From: Thermoplasmatota archaeon
Lineage (GTDB): Archaea; Thermoplasmatota; Penumbrarchaeia; Penumbrarchaeales; Penumbrarchaeaceae
NCBI GenBank assembly: GCA_029762535.1
Contig: JARVGK010000014.1
Location: 8,750-72,749 of the forward strand
Length of the DNA stretch: 64,000 nt
Reading direction: 5' to 3'
Shown here: positions 48,978 to 58,700 of the stretch, one piece after another
Layout of the letters: every line of letters starts with the position of its first letter
How positions within the stretch are numbered: position 1 is the stretch's first letter
Program-made: the position numbers and the translations under genes
The notes under the pieces: model-generated
Database searches by the model: none
What the model was told of the DNA's origin: nothing
The model's input: the letters and a program-made list of their open reading frames with translations, nothing else

Positions 48978-50551
48978 TCCTAACGGGCAAGGGGGACGCG
49001 TTCACGAGCAAATGGGGGCTGCTGCTCGCCGCCCTGGGAGCCGCCATAGGCACAGGCAATATCTGGCGCTTTCCCAAGGAGGTCGCCAACAACGGAGGCG
49101 GCTCCTTCATGATCCCCTACGTCATATTCCTCTTCTCGTGGTCGATCCCAATACTCCTCGTGGAGTTCACCATAGGCAAGAAATCCAGAAAGGGCACCAT
49201 GGGAAGCTTCGGCGCGTTCCTGGGTGAGAAGAAGGCGTGGATGGGGGCCTGGATGGCATGGGTGTCCACGGCGATCGGCTTCTATTACGCGGTGGTCATG
49301 GGGTGGACCATAAGGTACGCCGTCGGGGCCGCCTCGGGCACGATATCCTTCGTAAACCCTCAGGGAACATGGGAATCCTTCCTCCAATCGCCAATGCTCG
49401 TGATCGCCCTGCAGGTCACCGCGATCCTGATAACAGCGGTGATCGTATACAGGGGGATCGAGAAGGGTGTGGAGCGAATAAACAATATACTCATACCGGT
49501 ACTTTTCGTAATGCTGCTCTTCAACATGATATTCGCCCTCACGCTACCCGGGTCCTTGCGGGGCATATCCTATCTCTTCACTCCAGGCAAGGAGCTGTTC
49601 CAGGCCAGGACATGGGTGTCGGCCCTCGCACAGTCCGCCTGGTCATGCTCCGCAGGAATGGGCATGGCCATAACCTACGGTTCCTACACGAGGAGGAAGC
49701 ACGACACCAATCTCAACACGTTCCTGACCGGGTTCGGCGACACCTCGGTAAGCCTCATAGCGGGGATCATGATATTCTCAACGGTCTTCGCACTCTCGGG
49801 GTCCATGGCGAGCGCCACCGCGGCGGTGGAGGAGGGCGGCTCCGGCCTGACGTTCATACATCTTCCGAGCCTGTTCGGGAAAATGTGGGGCGGGGGCGTC
49901 ATCGCCGTGTTCTTCTTCCTGGCCATGTCCTTCGCCGCTCTCACCTCGATGATATCAACATATGAGGCGGCCATACGCAACTTCGTCGATGCGGGGTGGA
50001 AGAGGACGAAGGCTATAATCGTCCTATCCATCGGCATGATACTGTTCGGCCTTCCCTCCGCCCTGATAATCCTCCCCGTCGGGGGCAGGAGCCTCCCCGT
50101 GTTCCTCGATCATCAGGACCATATCTGGGGGATGGGCCTTCTCCTATCCGGCTTCTTCATCTATTACCTCGTTTATAAGTATGGTGTCACGCGCTTCAGG
50201 GAGAACCTGATAAACAGCAAATACTCGAACCTCAGGATCGGTAAGTGGTTCGATATCCTGTTCAAGTACGTGATCCCCGTGGAGCTGGCGCTCCTGGTCA
50301 TTTGGTACATCATCCAGTCCGCCATGGCGGACCCTTGGGACCAGTGGTGGATGAGCGGTCCGGTTGGGCTGGTGCTCATCGCGATCGAATGGGGGTTGGC
50401 GATCATGTTCCTTCGATGGATAGGTTCACGCGTTGGCCATAAGGTCTCCGCGACCAGGATCGATATGAGCCGTCCCCTGGAGTTCGACGCTGATACCCTC
50501 GATGACGATGACGAGGTGATCGTTCAAAGACCGGAGGCTGGTCCTACATGA
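48974..50551 (+). CDS. Sodium-dependent transporter, NSS/SNF family
   Basis: GAAIGTGNIWRFP, NGGGSFMIPY, AITYGSY, AALTSMIS. GTG start overlaps the upstream stop (GTGA). Confidence 0.93.
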   Translation: MILTGKGDAFTSKWGLLLAALGAAIGTGNIWRFPKEVANNGGGSFMIPYVIFLFSWSIPILLVEFTIGKKSRKGTMGSFGAFLGEKKAWMGAWMAWVSTAIGFYYAVVMGWTIRYAVGAASGTISFVNPQGTWESFLQSPMLVIALQVTAILITAVIVYRGIEKGVERINNILIPVLFVMLLFNMIFALTLPGSLRGISYLFTPGKELFQARTWVSALAQSAWSCSAGMGMAITYGSYTRRKHDTNLNTFLTGFGDTSVSLIAGIMIFSTVFALSGSMASATAAVEEGGSGLTFIHLPSLFGKMWGGGVIAVFFFLAMSFAALTSMISTYEAAIRNFVDAGWKRTKAIIVLSIGMILFGLPSALIILPVGGRSLPVFLDHQDHIWGMGLLLSGFFIYYLVYKYGVTRFRENLINSKYSNLRIGKWFDILFKYVIPVELALLVIWYIIQSAMADPWDQWWMSGPVGLVLIAIEWGLAIMFLRWIGSRVGHKVSATRIDMSRPLEFDADTLDDDDEVIVQRPEAGPT

Positions 50552-50760
50552 GCCATATGGAAGAGAGGATAGTGCGGGTGCTGAGGGAGAGGGGCGAGCT
50601 GACCACCTCCGAGATAGAGGAAATGCTCAGAGGCGACTCGATCGAGTGCCCTGACGGCGCCGTCAAGAGCCTGATGCGCCTCAAGGGCAAGGGAGAGGTG
50701 GAAGGAAGGATAGACAGGGAGAGGCGCGGATGGGTCTGGAAGGTCCGCGAACAGGCATGA
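50548..50760 (+). CDS. Small winged-helix protein
   Basis: ATGA overlap; IVRVLRERGELTTSEI..LMRLKGKGEV..GWVW. Confidence 0.7.
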   Translation: MSHMEERIVRVLRERGELTTSEIEEMLRGDSIECPDGAVKSLMRLKGKGEVEGRIDRERRGWVWKVREQA

Positions 50761-50826
50761 TCCATCATCATCTGCCGAGAAAATACATATAAGCATTGTG
50801 AAGCATAACGTTAAGTAAGCTCAGCA

Positions 50827-53800
50827 TTGGAAAGCTCCAAAGGAGGGATACAGACGCGATACGAACGGAAAAGGCAGCGAGCAGCGATCGTATCATCATC
50901 TTTGATGATGGTTCTTTTACTATCCGGCATTCTGGTATTGTCGAACGATCCGAACATCTCGGTCCTGGGACTCGAGGTTGACGGAGGGACGCTATCGGGC
51001 GACCATGTATGGGACGCCGCATCATCCCCCATCGAGGTGAAGGGGAACATTACGGTCCCGGAAGGGTCCACGCTCACGATAGATGATGGGGTGACGGTCA
51101 TCATAAAGAACGGCTCATGGATCGAGGTGAAGGGAAAGCTCACGGCAATGGGAAGGATGGGCTCCGAGATAGTCATACAGGGCGAGGAGACCGACAGCTT
51201 CAACAGGATCAACGTGACGTCCGGCGGATACGCCCTTTTCGAGCATGTCAACGTCTCCCTCACCGGTGGAGGCATCGCCGCCGAGGGCGAGGATACCCTT
51301 GTACATATCTTCAATTCGACCATCTCATCGAGCAGCAGGGGAGTGTCATCATCCTCTTCCGCCGTGCTTTGGCTGGTGAACTCGACCGTTACAGGGTCGC
51401 CAAGGCTCGTCGCGAGCGGAGGCGCCTTGCACGAGTCCTACTGGTTCAATTTCAGGGTAATGCTGGACAACAACGGGGGCCCCTTCGAGGGGGCCCGTCT
51501 GAAGCTAAATGTAGAGCACTTCAGCGGAAGCAGGGAGGCATACAACTCCGTTGACGGCGGACAGGATCCCACGGGAGCGGACGGGACAATTCCGCCCGTG
51601 ATGATGGAGATGTATTTCCACGACGGTTCGATCTCGACCTACGAGTGCCATCTCCGCCTCAAGATGAGCGCCTGGGACGCGAACAGGACCTGGACCAAGA
51701 ACGTGGACAATATCATAGTCGATGGGAACCTCGATTACACCTGGATGCTCGACAACACCCCTCCTCCTGTCCCTGCGAACCTGACTCTCGTGTCCGTGGG
51801 GGGCACGCACATCCACGTTAGATGGGACTGGGACCACGACCCCAACACACATCAGCTCGACCGTTTCGAGGTCAGATGGACCGTGAAACTGGAGCCAGAC
51901 CTATATGGGGACGAGTTCCTGCTCAGGGGCGACCGTTCCTGCAACATAACTAACCTACTATCCGAAACGGCCTTCACCATAAGGGTCATCGCTAGGGACA
52001 TATGGGGGAATCCCTCATCCTCTCCGCCGCTTCTGAACGTGGAGACCCTCGATATCACCCCGCCCGAGGCCCCGGATGGTGTCTCGGTCGAGCTGACAGG
52101 GCCGACGACCGCGTTCCTCACATGGAACTCGAGCCTCAGCTCGGACGTGGTGGGTTACAATATATACGTCAACGACACGGGCGATGGCAAGACCCTCCAC
52201 AGTTTCATTCCCGGACGATCGGCGAGGGAGGCGACGCTGCCGGACCTGCATTCCGAGACCGAGTTCACCTTCTGGATCTCCTGCATCGACGACGCGCAAC
52301 CCCCTAACGAATCCCCTTTGGTCCCGGTCGGATCGGTTAGGACACTGGATATAACTCCACCGCCGAAGCCCTCTCTGGAGCTCTATTTCGCAGCGCCGGA
52401 GCAGTACTTATCCGGATCGCCATACTACAACAGGACCTATTTCGGGGTCAGGGGCACGCTCGAGGGCGAGAACAGGACCTATATCGAGATCTTCATCAAC
52501 GGTGTACCGGAGACCTACGACCTGCCCGAGGAGAGGCCGACCACTTACAAGGGCGTTTTCACTCATTTCCTCATTCTGAAGGAGGGAGAGTACGAGATAA
52601 CGGCAAGGTCCATCGATGCCTCCATGAACATCGGCGAGATGTCGGATCCGGTGTACATAGTCATTGATGTGACGCCTCCGACCGTGGACCTCCCTCACGA
52701 GGGCATGCTGGAGGTGGACGAGGGAGAGACCTTCGAGCTCAACGCCACCGTAATGGATGAGAACGAGGTCCATGAGGTGTCCTGGAGGGTCGTGGGACCG
52801 GGAACGGACATCGAACTGATGGGGGATACCGTGGAGATCAGCCTCGACGCCGGCAGATATCAGGCGATCTGCACCGCGATGGACGCAGCGGGCAACGGCC
52901 ACACAAAGACCCTTGAGATCAAGGTCTGGTACGAGGACAGCATACCTCCATCCGTCGTCAGCACCGTACCTGCCAACGATTCTGTCGGCGTTGATGTGGA
53001 CACGAGGATAACCGTACACCTCTCGGAGGAGCTAAAATGGCCCTCTCTCAGGGCATGGCTGGCCCCATCCTCACAGGTTGGAGGGACAGGGGTGCCGCTG
53101 GTAGCAGAGCATGATCTCGCCAATCTCACACTCGTATACATACCGACCGAGACCTTAGGCGACATCACCGAATACACGTTCAAGCTGACGGGGATGCTCG
53201 ATCTCAGGGACAACGCTGGAGCGGACCTGCATCTGACCTTCACCACCATCGATCCCACGACCATTGATTCCGACGGGGACGGGATACCCGATTACTACGA
53301 GGTCCTCAAATGGTTCCTGGACCCCTCCGATCCGACCGACGGGGAAAAGGACCAGGACAACGACGGTCTGACCAACCTTGAGGAATACCAGCTCGGTACG
53401 GACCCTGAGGTCCCGGACACGGACGGTGACGGGATGCCAGACGGCTGGGAGGTGAAGTATGGTTTCGACCCCCTGGACAAGTCCGACGCCCTTGAGGATG
53501 CCGACGGGGACGGGTATACGAACCTCGAGGAGTACGAGGACGACACAGATCCCTTGGACAAGGACAGCCACAGGGATGTTGGAAAAAGCTCGGGAACCGG
53601 CATTCTGATCCTTGTCGTCATACTTCTGATCATCATCATCGTGGTGATAGTCGTCCTGGTGTTAGTTATGAGGAAGAAGGCGGGGCAGGAGGCCGATGGG
53701 GCGCCCGTTGAGGGAATGGAGGAGGAGGTTTCAGAAGGGGAATCTTCGGAAGATGGTAGCTCATGTCCCTCCTGCGGCGCGTCCATAGGTGATGACCTGG

Positions 53801-53961
53801 ACTACTGCCCGGAGTGTGGCATGGAGATCCCCTCGGAAAAAGTGGAAGAGGGCTTTGTCGATGATATGCTCGAGGATGAGAACGAGCCCATGGGACCCGA
53901 GCACGCATCCGATGATGACGCGATGTACGAAGAGGATGGGCCCGCAAAAACAGAGCTCTGA
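50827..53961 (+). CDS. Cell-surface protein with FN3, Ig-like and TSP3-like Ca-binding repeats, a TM helix and a cytoplasmic Zn ribbon
   Basis: D.TPP..P FN3 units, PPSVVSTVPAN Ig-like domain, DSDGDGIPD / DNDGLTNLEEY / DTDGDGMPDGWE repeats, TM helix, CPSCG..CPECG. Confidence 0.85.
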   Translation: MESSKGGIQTRYERKRQRAAIVSSSLMMVLLLSGILVLSNDPNISVLGLEVDGGTLSGDHVWDAASSPIEVKGNITVPEGSTLTIDDGVTVIIKNGSWIEVKGKLTAMGRMGSEIVIQGEETDSFNRINVTSGGYALFEHVNVSLTGGGIAAEGEDTLVHIFNSTISSSSRGVSSSSSAVLWLVNSTVTGSPRLVASGGALHESYWFNFRVMLDNNGGPFEGARLKLNVEHFSGSREAYNSVDGGQDPTGADGTIPPVMMEMYFHDGSISTYECHLRLKMSAWDANRTWTKNVDNIIVDGNLDYTWMLDNTPPPVPANLTLVSVGGTHIHVRWDWDHDPNTHQLDRFEVRWTVKLEPDLYGDEFLLRGDRSCNITNLLSETAFTIRVIARDIWGNPSSSPPLLNVETLDITPPEAPDGVSVELTGPTTAFLTWNSSLSSDVVGYNIYVNDTGDGKTLHSFIPGRSAREATLPDLHSETEFTFWISCIDDAQPPNESPLVPVGSVRTLDITPPPKPSLELYFAAPEQYLSGSPYYNRTYFGVRGTLEGENRTYIEIFINGVPETYDLPEERPTTYKGVFTHFLILKEGEYEITARSIDASMNIGEMSDPVYIVIDVTPPTVDLPHEGMLEVDEGETFELNATVMDENEVHEVSWRVVGPGTDIELMGDTVEISLDAGRYQAICTAMDAAGNGHTKTLEIKVWYEDSIPPSVVSTVPANDSVGVDVDTRITVHLSEELKWPSLRAWLAPSSQVGGTGVPLVAEHDLANLTLVYIPTETLGDITEYTFKLTGMLDLRDNAGADLHLTFTTIDPTTIDSDGDGIPDYYEVLKWFLDPSDPTDGEKDQDNDGLTNLEEYQLGTDPEVPDTDGDGMPDGWEVKYGFDPLDKSDALEDADGDGYTNLEEYEDDTDPLDKDSHRDVGKSSGTGILILVVILLIIIIVVIVVLVLVMRKKAGQEADGAPVEGMEEEVSEGESSEDGSSCPSCGASIGDDLDYCPECGMEIPSEKVEEGFVDDMLEDENEPMGPEHASDDDAMYEEDGPAKTEL

Positions 53962-54058
53962 CAGCCATATGCTGATTACCGCTACGTGCCTGTCGTTGGG
54001 AAACCTTTTTATTTCCAATGCGGCATTAACAACGGTGCACCGGTAAGAGGTGGAAGAG

Positions 54059-55033
54059 ATGAAGGTTCCCTGCAAGAAGTGCAAGAAAGAGATGTCCTAT
54101 CCTTTCAAGGTATGCAAGAACTGCGGATGGAAGCCCGAGGGCAAGCTCGCCCAGAAGGCCAAGGAGTTCGCGCGCAAGTACGAGATAGAGCACGGCCTGG
54201 ACAAGAAGAAGCCTGCCAGCTCCTCCAAGAAGCCTGCTGTTGCCAAGAAGCCCGCGGCAAAACCATCGAGCAAGGTAGGGACCAAGACCAGGCCCAAGTC
54301 CGCAAAGAAACCCCCGGTGAAGAAGAAGTTGGTGGTGGAGGAGGAGGAGATCGTTTCAAAACCCAAGAAGAAGCCCTCCAAGGAGACCGTGAAGAAGAAG
54401 AAACCAACAAGGGGTTTCGACATAAGGAGCGATGGTGACGAGGGAGCGGTGAAGACAGGCTATCATCCGATAAACCTCGAAGACGACGACGAGGAGATCT
54501 TCGTGGTCGGCGGCGGCTCCAGCAAGCCGAAACCCTCCTACGCCCTCGAAGAGGAAGAGGATTACGAGGACGAGGAAGAGGAAGAAGAGGACGATTACGA
54601 AGAGGATGATTTCGAAGAGGAAGAAGAGGAAGAGGATTACGAGGACGAGGAAGAGGAAGAAGAGGAAGAGGAAGAAGAGGAAGAGGAAGAAGAGGAAGAA
54701 GAGGAAGAGGAAGAAGAGGACGATTACGAAGAAGAGGAGGAGGAGCATGCTCCGGAGGTATTGAAGATCCGGTGCAAATGCGGAAATACGATCAAGATAC
54801 GCTCCTCGAAGAGGCCGTTGAAGTTCCAGTGCGACGAGTGCGGAAGAAGGGGGATCCTCCAGGAAGAGGAGGAAGATGAGGAAGAGGAAGAAGAGGAGGA
54901 AGATGAGGAAGATGAGGAAGAGGAGTATGTGCCCCCGAAGAAGAAGCACGTCCATCACGCAAAACCTCCCGTCAAGAAGAAGCCGTCCAGGGATCGCTAC
55001 GAGGAGCCCCCGAGGAAAAAAAAAAGGTACTAG
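54059..55033 (+). CDS. Lys-rich/poly-Glu low-complexity protein with Zn ribbons (5' part of a probable frameshifted gene)
   Basis: CKKC..CKNC, K/P-rich block, long E/D tract, CKC..CDEC, basic tail. Confidence 0.75.
   Translation: MKVPCKKCKKEMSYPFKVCKNCGWKPEGKLAQKAKEFARKYEIEHGLDKKKPASSSKKPAVAKKPAAKPSSKVGTKTRPKSAKKPPVKKKLVVEEEEIVSKPKKKPSKETVKKKKPTRGFDIRSDGDEGAVKTGYHPINLEDDDEEIFVVGGGSSKPKPSYALEEEEDYEDEEEEEEDDYEEDDFEEEEEEEDYEDEEEEEEEEEEEEEEEEEEEEEEEEDDYEEEEEEHAPEVLKIRCKCGNTIKIRSSKRPLKFQCDECGRRGILQEEEEDEEEEEEEEDEEDEEEEYVPPKKKHVHHAKPPVKKKPSRDRYEEPPRKKKRY
54548..54745 (+). repeat. GAA/GAG low-complexity tandem repeat encoding poly-Glu
   Basis: Repeated gaagaggaa units and duplicated gaggattacgaggacgaggaagag blocks. 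Confidence 0.9.
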
Positions 55034-55335
55034 ATGACAGGCCAAAGAGGCTCGTCAGGTGCTGGAACTGCCAGGAGCGGATCCCCGAGGGGTCCAAGAG
55101 ATGCCCCGAGTGCGGTTCCGGACAGAATCTGGCCGGGGAAGGTGATGATTTCTCGTTCACAAGGCCGGAATCCGTAGGTTTCGATGAGGAGCAGCCGACC
55201 GGTAACATGTTCTTCGACACAGGCCAGGAAAGCTCCGGAAAAAAGGGTAACCGCTGCCCTGTGTGCAATAACCCCATGCAGTTCAAGGAGAGGGTGAACA
55301 GCTACTTCTGCCCCAAGTGCAGGTCATTCTACTAG
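55027..55335 (+). CDS. Start-less double Zn-ribbon frame (-1 relative to the upstream gene)
   Basis: Hand translation gives VLDDRPKRLVRCWNCQERIPEGSKRCPECGS...NRCPVCNNPMQFKERVNSYFCPKCRSFY*. No ATG/GTG/TTG lies between the in-frame TGA at 54913 and the first Zn ribbon. Confidence 0.75.
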   Translation, partial: VLDDRPKRLVRCWNCQERIPEGSKRCPECGSGQNLAGEGDDFSFTRPESVGFDEEQPTGNMFFDTGQESSGKKGNRCPVCNNPMQFKERVNSYFCPKCRSFY

Positions 55336-55703
55336 CCGATCAGTATCGATACCATGATGAAAAGGAGCGAAGCTCCGCCCCCCGATCCCGCAAGCAGCCC
55401 GGTCGCGAGCCTCATAACGTTATTGGACGTCCTCCACCCGGCGAACTGCGTCATCCCGTCCACGGCCATGGGGGCGATCGATAGGATGAATACGATAAGG
55501 ACGTGAAGCGATCTCATGCCCATAAGGCCCATTATGACTCCGGGCAGCGCTCCAATTATCGATCCGGCGTAGAAGCCTGTGCATCTGGCGCACAACCACA
55601 TGGGCTTACCTTTCACCTTGAGGCATCTGTCCGGGGCCCCGTGGCAGGCCCATCTGAACGGGGCGGGCCTGACATCCACGGGGGATCCAGTTCTCATCGA
55701 CAC
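55332..55703 (-). CDS. DUF2085-like membrane protein
   Basis: CHGAPDRC, LCARCTGFY, PMAVDGMTQ, SNNVMRLATG. Confidence 0.85.
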   Translation of the reverse strand: MSMRTGSPVDVRPAPFRWACHGAPDRCLKVKGKPMWLCARCTGFYAGSIIGALPGVIMGLMGMRSLHVLIVFILSIAPMAVDGMTQFAGWRTSNNVMRLATGLLAGSGGGASLLFIMVSILIG

Positions 55704-55752
55704 GGGAGGTCATCTCTTTCATCCTAATTAATGGTCCTGAACGAGGGGAACG

Positions 55753-58700
55753 TCACATCTCGTCGAGGAATTCGTCATCGATCGACCTCGTCCTCAGGCC
55801 ATATCCAAACTCCTTTGCGGAGTGCTTTCTGCGTATCAGAAGCAAAAGGACAAGGATGCCCAAGAACAAGAGGATCGAGAAGAAGGCCAACATCAACGCT
55901 CCTATCAGGGTCGCATCATCTTCGGGACGGCCTTCACCATTGGGGACCGGATCATCTCCAGAAGGCCTCAAAATGGTCATATTGACCGATGTCGAGACGT
56001 TGTGTCCCGGGGTCCCATCGTCCGCGAACAGGGTGATCGTATGGGGTCCCAGGGGCAGGTACACGCTAAGCCGGAACCCGCTACCGAGATAACCGGACCT
56101 GTTGGAGTACCATGTGACCTTGACCGGATCGTACAGGCCCAATCCGTCGTCCCTCGTCCCCGTGGCGTCCAGTATCACCGGCCATCCCTCAATGGTCCTG
56201 AACCCGTGTTCAGGGCTCGATATGTGCGGTACGGGCGGCATGTTCACCGGGGGGATCCTAACCTCGAAGAGGATGGGTTGCGATAATCCCCTGTTCCCGA
56301 CCATGTCCGAGGCAGAGAACTGGACCTCGTGCCTCCCTTCCATAAGGTTTAAGGGGGCTTCCAAGTAGATATCAGGGGCGTTGCCTTCCCCGGAGATCGT
56401 CGTCCACGGCCCCCAATCTCCGTTCTCGAACCTGATCCTGAACATGGCGCTGGTCCCATCGACCCCCGACCCCCTCTGGTCGAGAACCCTGATCGTGGCC
56501 GTGAGATCTCCCCCCGTCAGTATGTTCCTAGGATCGGGGCTGATCAGCAATACCTCCGGCCCCTTCATATCCACGGAAAGCCTCAGTGCGGGAGTTCTCG
56601 CGGTGTTGCCGGAGCTGTCTCGCGAGATGAGCTCGAACGTCCCGGAGAAATCCCTGTCCAATCGAGGCCTGATCACGGCGTCCAGTGAACTCACCTTCCC
56701 TTCCAGGGTTACCATGTCGTCGAATATGATGTCGTCGGACACCCATGTCCCATACGTTTCCCCGCTCCTGAGTATTCGATATGAGAACCCCGCAAGGTCC
56801 AGACCGGAACCTGACCCGTCTGGAATGCCGAGGTCCTCTATCCCGAAGATGAGCGTGGGTCGGGTATCGTTGACCCATGTGGGGAACGAGCTCGTATCGA
56901 TGGCGGGTGGGTCCCCGTCCAGCGCTATATGGAGGGTGGTCGGTTCGGATAGGAGCCCCACCCAGTCCACGGATACGACCTCCAATTCACCGGATGAGAT
57001 GAACTCGGTGACGGTATGGTCCGAGGCGTGAAACAGGCTCTCCTGCCTCACCGGCTTGATCGATCCCTCCTCGTCGAACCATAGGAACTTGAAGGAGGGG
57101 GTGCGTTCGGGATCGGCGTGAATATAGTAAAGCTCTACCTCGATGAGTGAACCCTGCTCGAGCTCCAGCAATTCGGTCCTGGGCGATGTGCCCAGTTCGG
57201 TGTAGGGGATGATCAGCTCCCCCCCGAGTACCATTGCCCCTCTTCCCCTGCCCGAGAGCTGGAACTTGTAGGGGCCCTGATGTGAAAAATGGACCCACCC
57301 GTGCCATCTAGCTGAGAAGCCGTATGGTGGAATGATATGCTCCTCGGGATACGGCCCCCACACCCCCCATTCGAAGTCCAGGGGGCCGTCAACTACGTTC
57401 AGGCCCTGCTCGTAAAAATCCATATCGAGGTAGTATGACCCTCTCAATCCGCCCGGTGACCTCATGATCTCCTTGGTTTTTCCCTCGGCCTCGATAAGGA
57501 ACATCTTCACCCCCGAACCGCCCCTGTCCCATTCCGGTGTGAAGGAACCATCGACCCCCAAGGACCATTCTCCCGGGGCACCGATCCCATCCCCGCCGCC
57601 CTGAACGTTGAACAGGTCGGTTATGTTGGATGATGGAGGAGGGACGTCATCGACCCGCATCCTGAGCATCCGGCCCTTCTCCATAGCGGGATACAGTTCC
57701 TGATCGGGAGGGAACAATTCCGATGAGAGCCCGATGTCGAGGTCCCATACCTGAACGGGGGAGATATCTATGACATCATCGATCGACCAGTCCGGGGCGT
57801 AGGCGATGGTGCGCTCATCTTCCCCCTCTCTGCGAACGGTGAGCGTTATATCTCCCAAAGGTACGGTGTGGTCGGGATGCCCTGTGTATACGACCTCTAT
57901 ACCTCCGAAGGAGACCTCATCCCCCAATCCGACCCATGACCCTGGACCCGGGAGGGCCCTCCCGTTGGAGGACAGGTCCAAGCCCTCCCCGAAGGACAGG
58001 TCCTTTACGAATTTGAACGGGTTGCGGTATGTTCTCTGGACACGGCACCCTTCCGAATCCCACATGGTAACGACCAGATCGATCCCGCCCCTCAACGGAA
58101 AGAACCATCCGATGTCAAGGGAGACCCTCATGATCCCTGCCCTCCCCCCCTGGGGGAAGGTAAGGTCCATGGAATGGTCCAGAATGGAGCCGTACGGGTC
58201 CGTCAGGGCAGTATCCCCTCCGACAATGTGGTGCAATTCGATCGTATCCTCTGCCGATCCCAGCCGGACCTTTCCGCCGGTGACGGGATGCCCCTGCAGC
58301 TCGTTGAAGAGTATGATGTCCATGTTCAGCGATCCGGAACCTGCAAATACGTATCCGTTCTCGTAAGCCGTCCCGGAGACGCTCAGGTCCCAGAGCCTCA
58401 TGTGGGATGAATGTATGATGTGGACCTCCCCTGCCCTTGGCCTTTCGTTGAGAATGCCGTCCGCTGAAGGGGCGCCTACAACGATGTCCAGCACTCCGTT
58501 ACCATCCAGATCCCCGAGCGACAGGTGAAAGCCCAGGACGTCCTCGATGTCCAACGCCTCCAGGGTGAACAATTTCGATGGATAGGGCAATCCGATTATC
58601 CTGCTGGACTGGCCGAACGTCTGGGAGTGCTCGAAGACCATGACCACCCCTGCTTTGAGCCGAAGCAGATTGTATTCAACGGGGGGCAGGTCCCTGACCG

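Noticed and set aside
54548-54925. Purine repeats as a CRISPR array or non-coding satellite
   Set aside because: They are in-frame Glu/Asp codons with no repeat-spacer structure.
55031-55177. Amber read-through (pyrrolysine) or a new gene from ATG 55034
   Set aside because: Frame 0 gives a featureless 47-aa peptide. The CxxC motifs are in the -1 frame.
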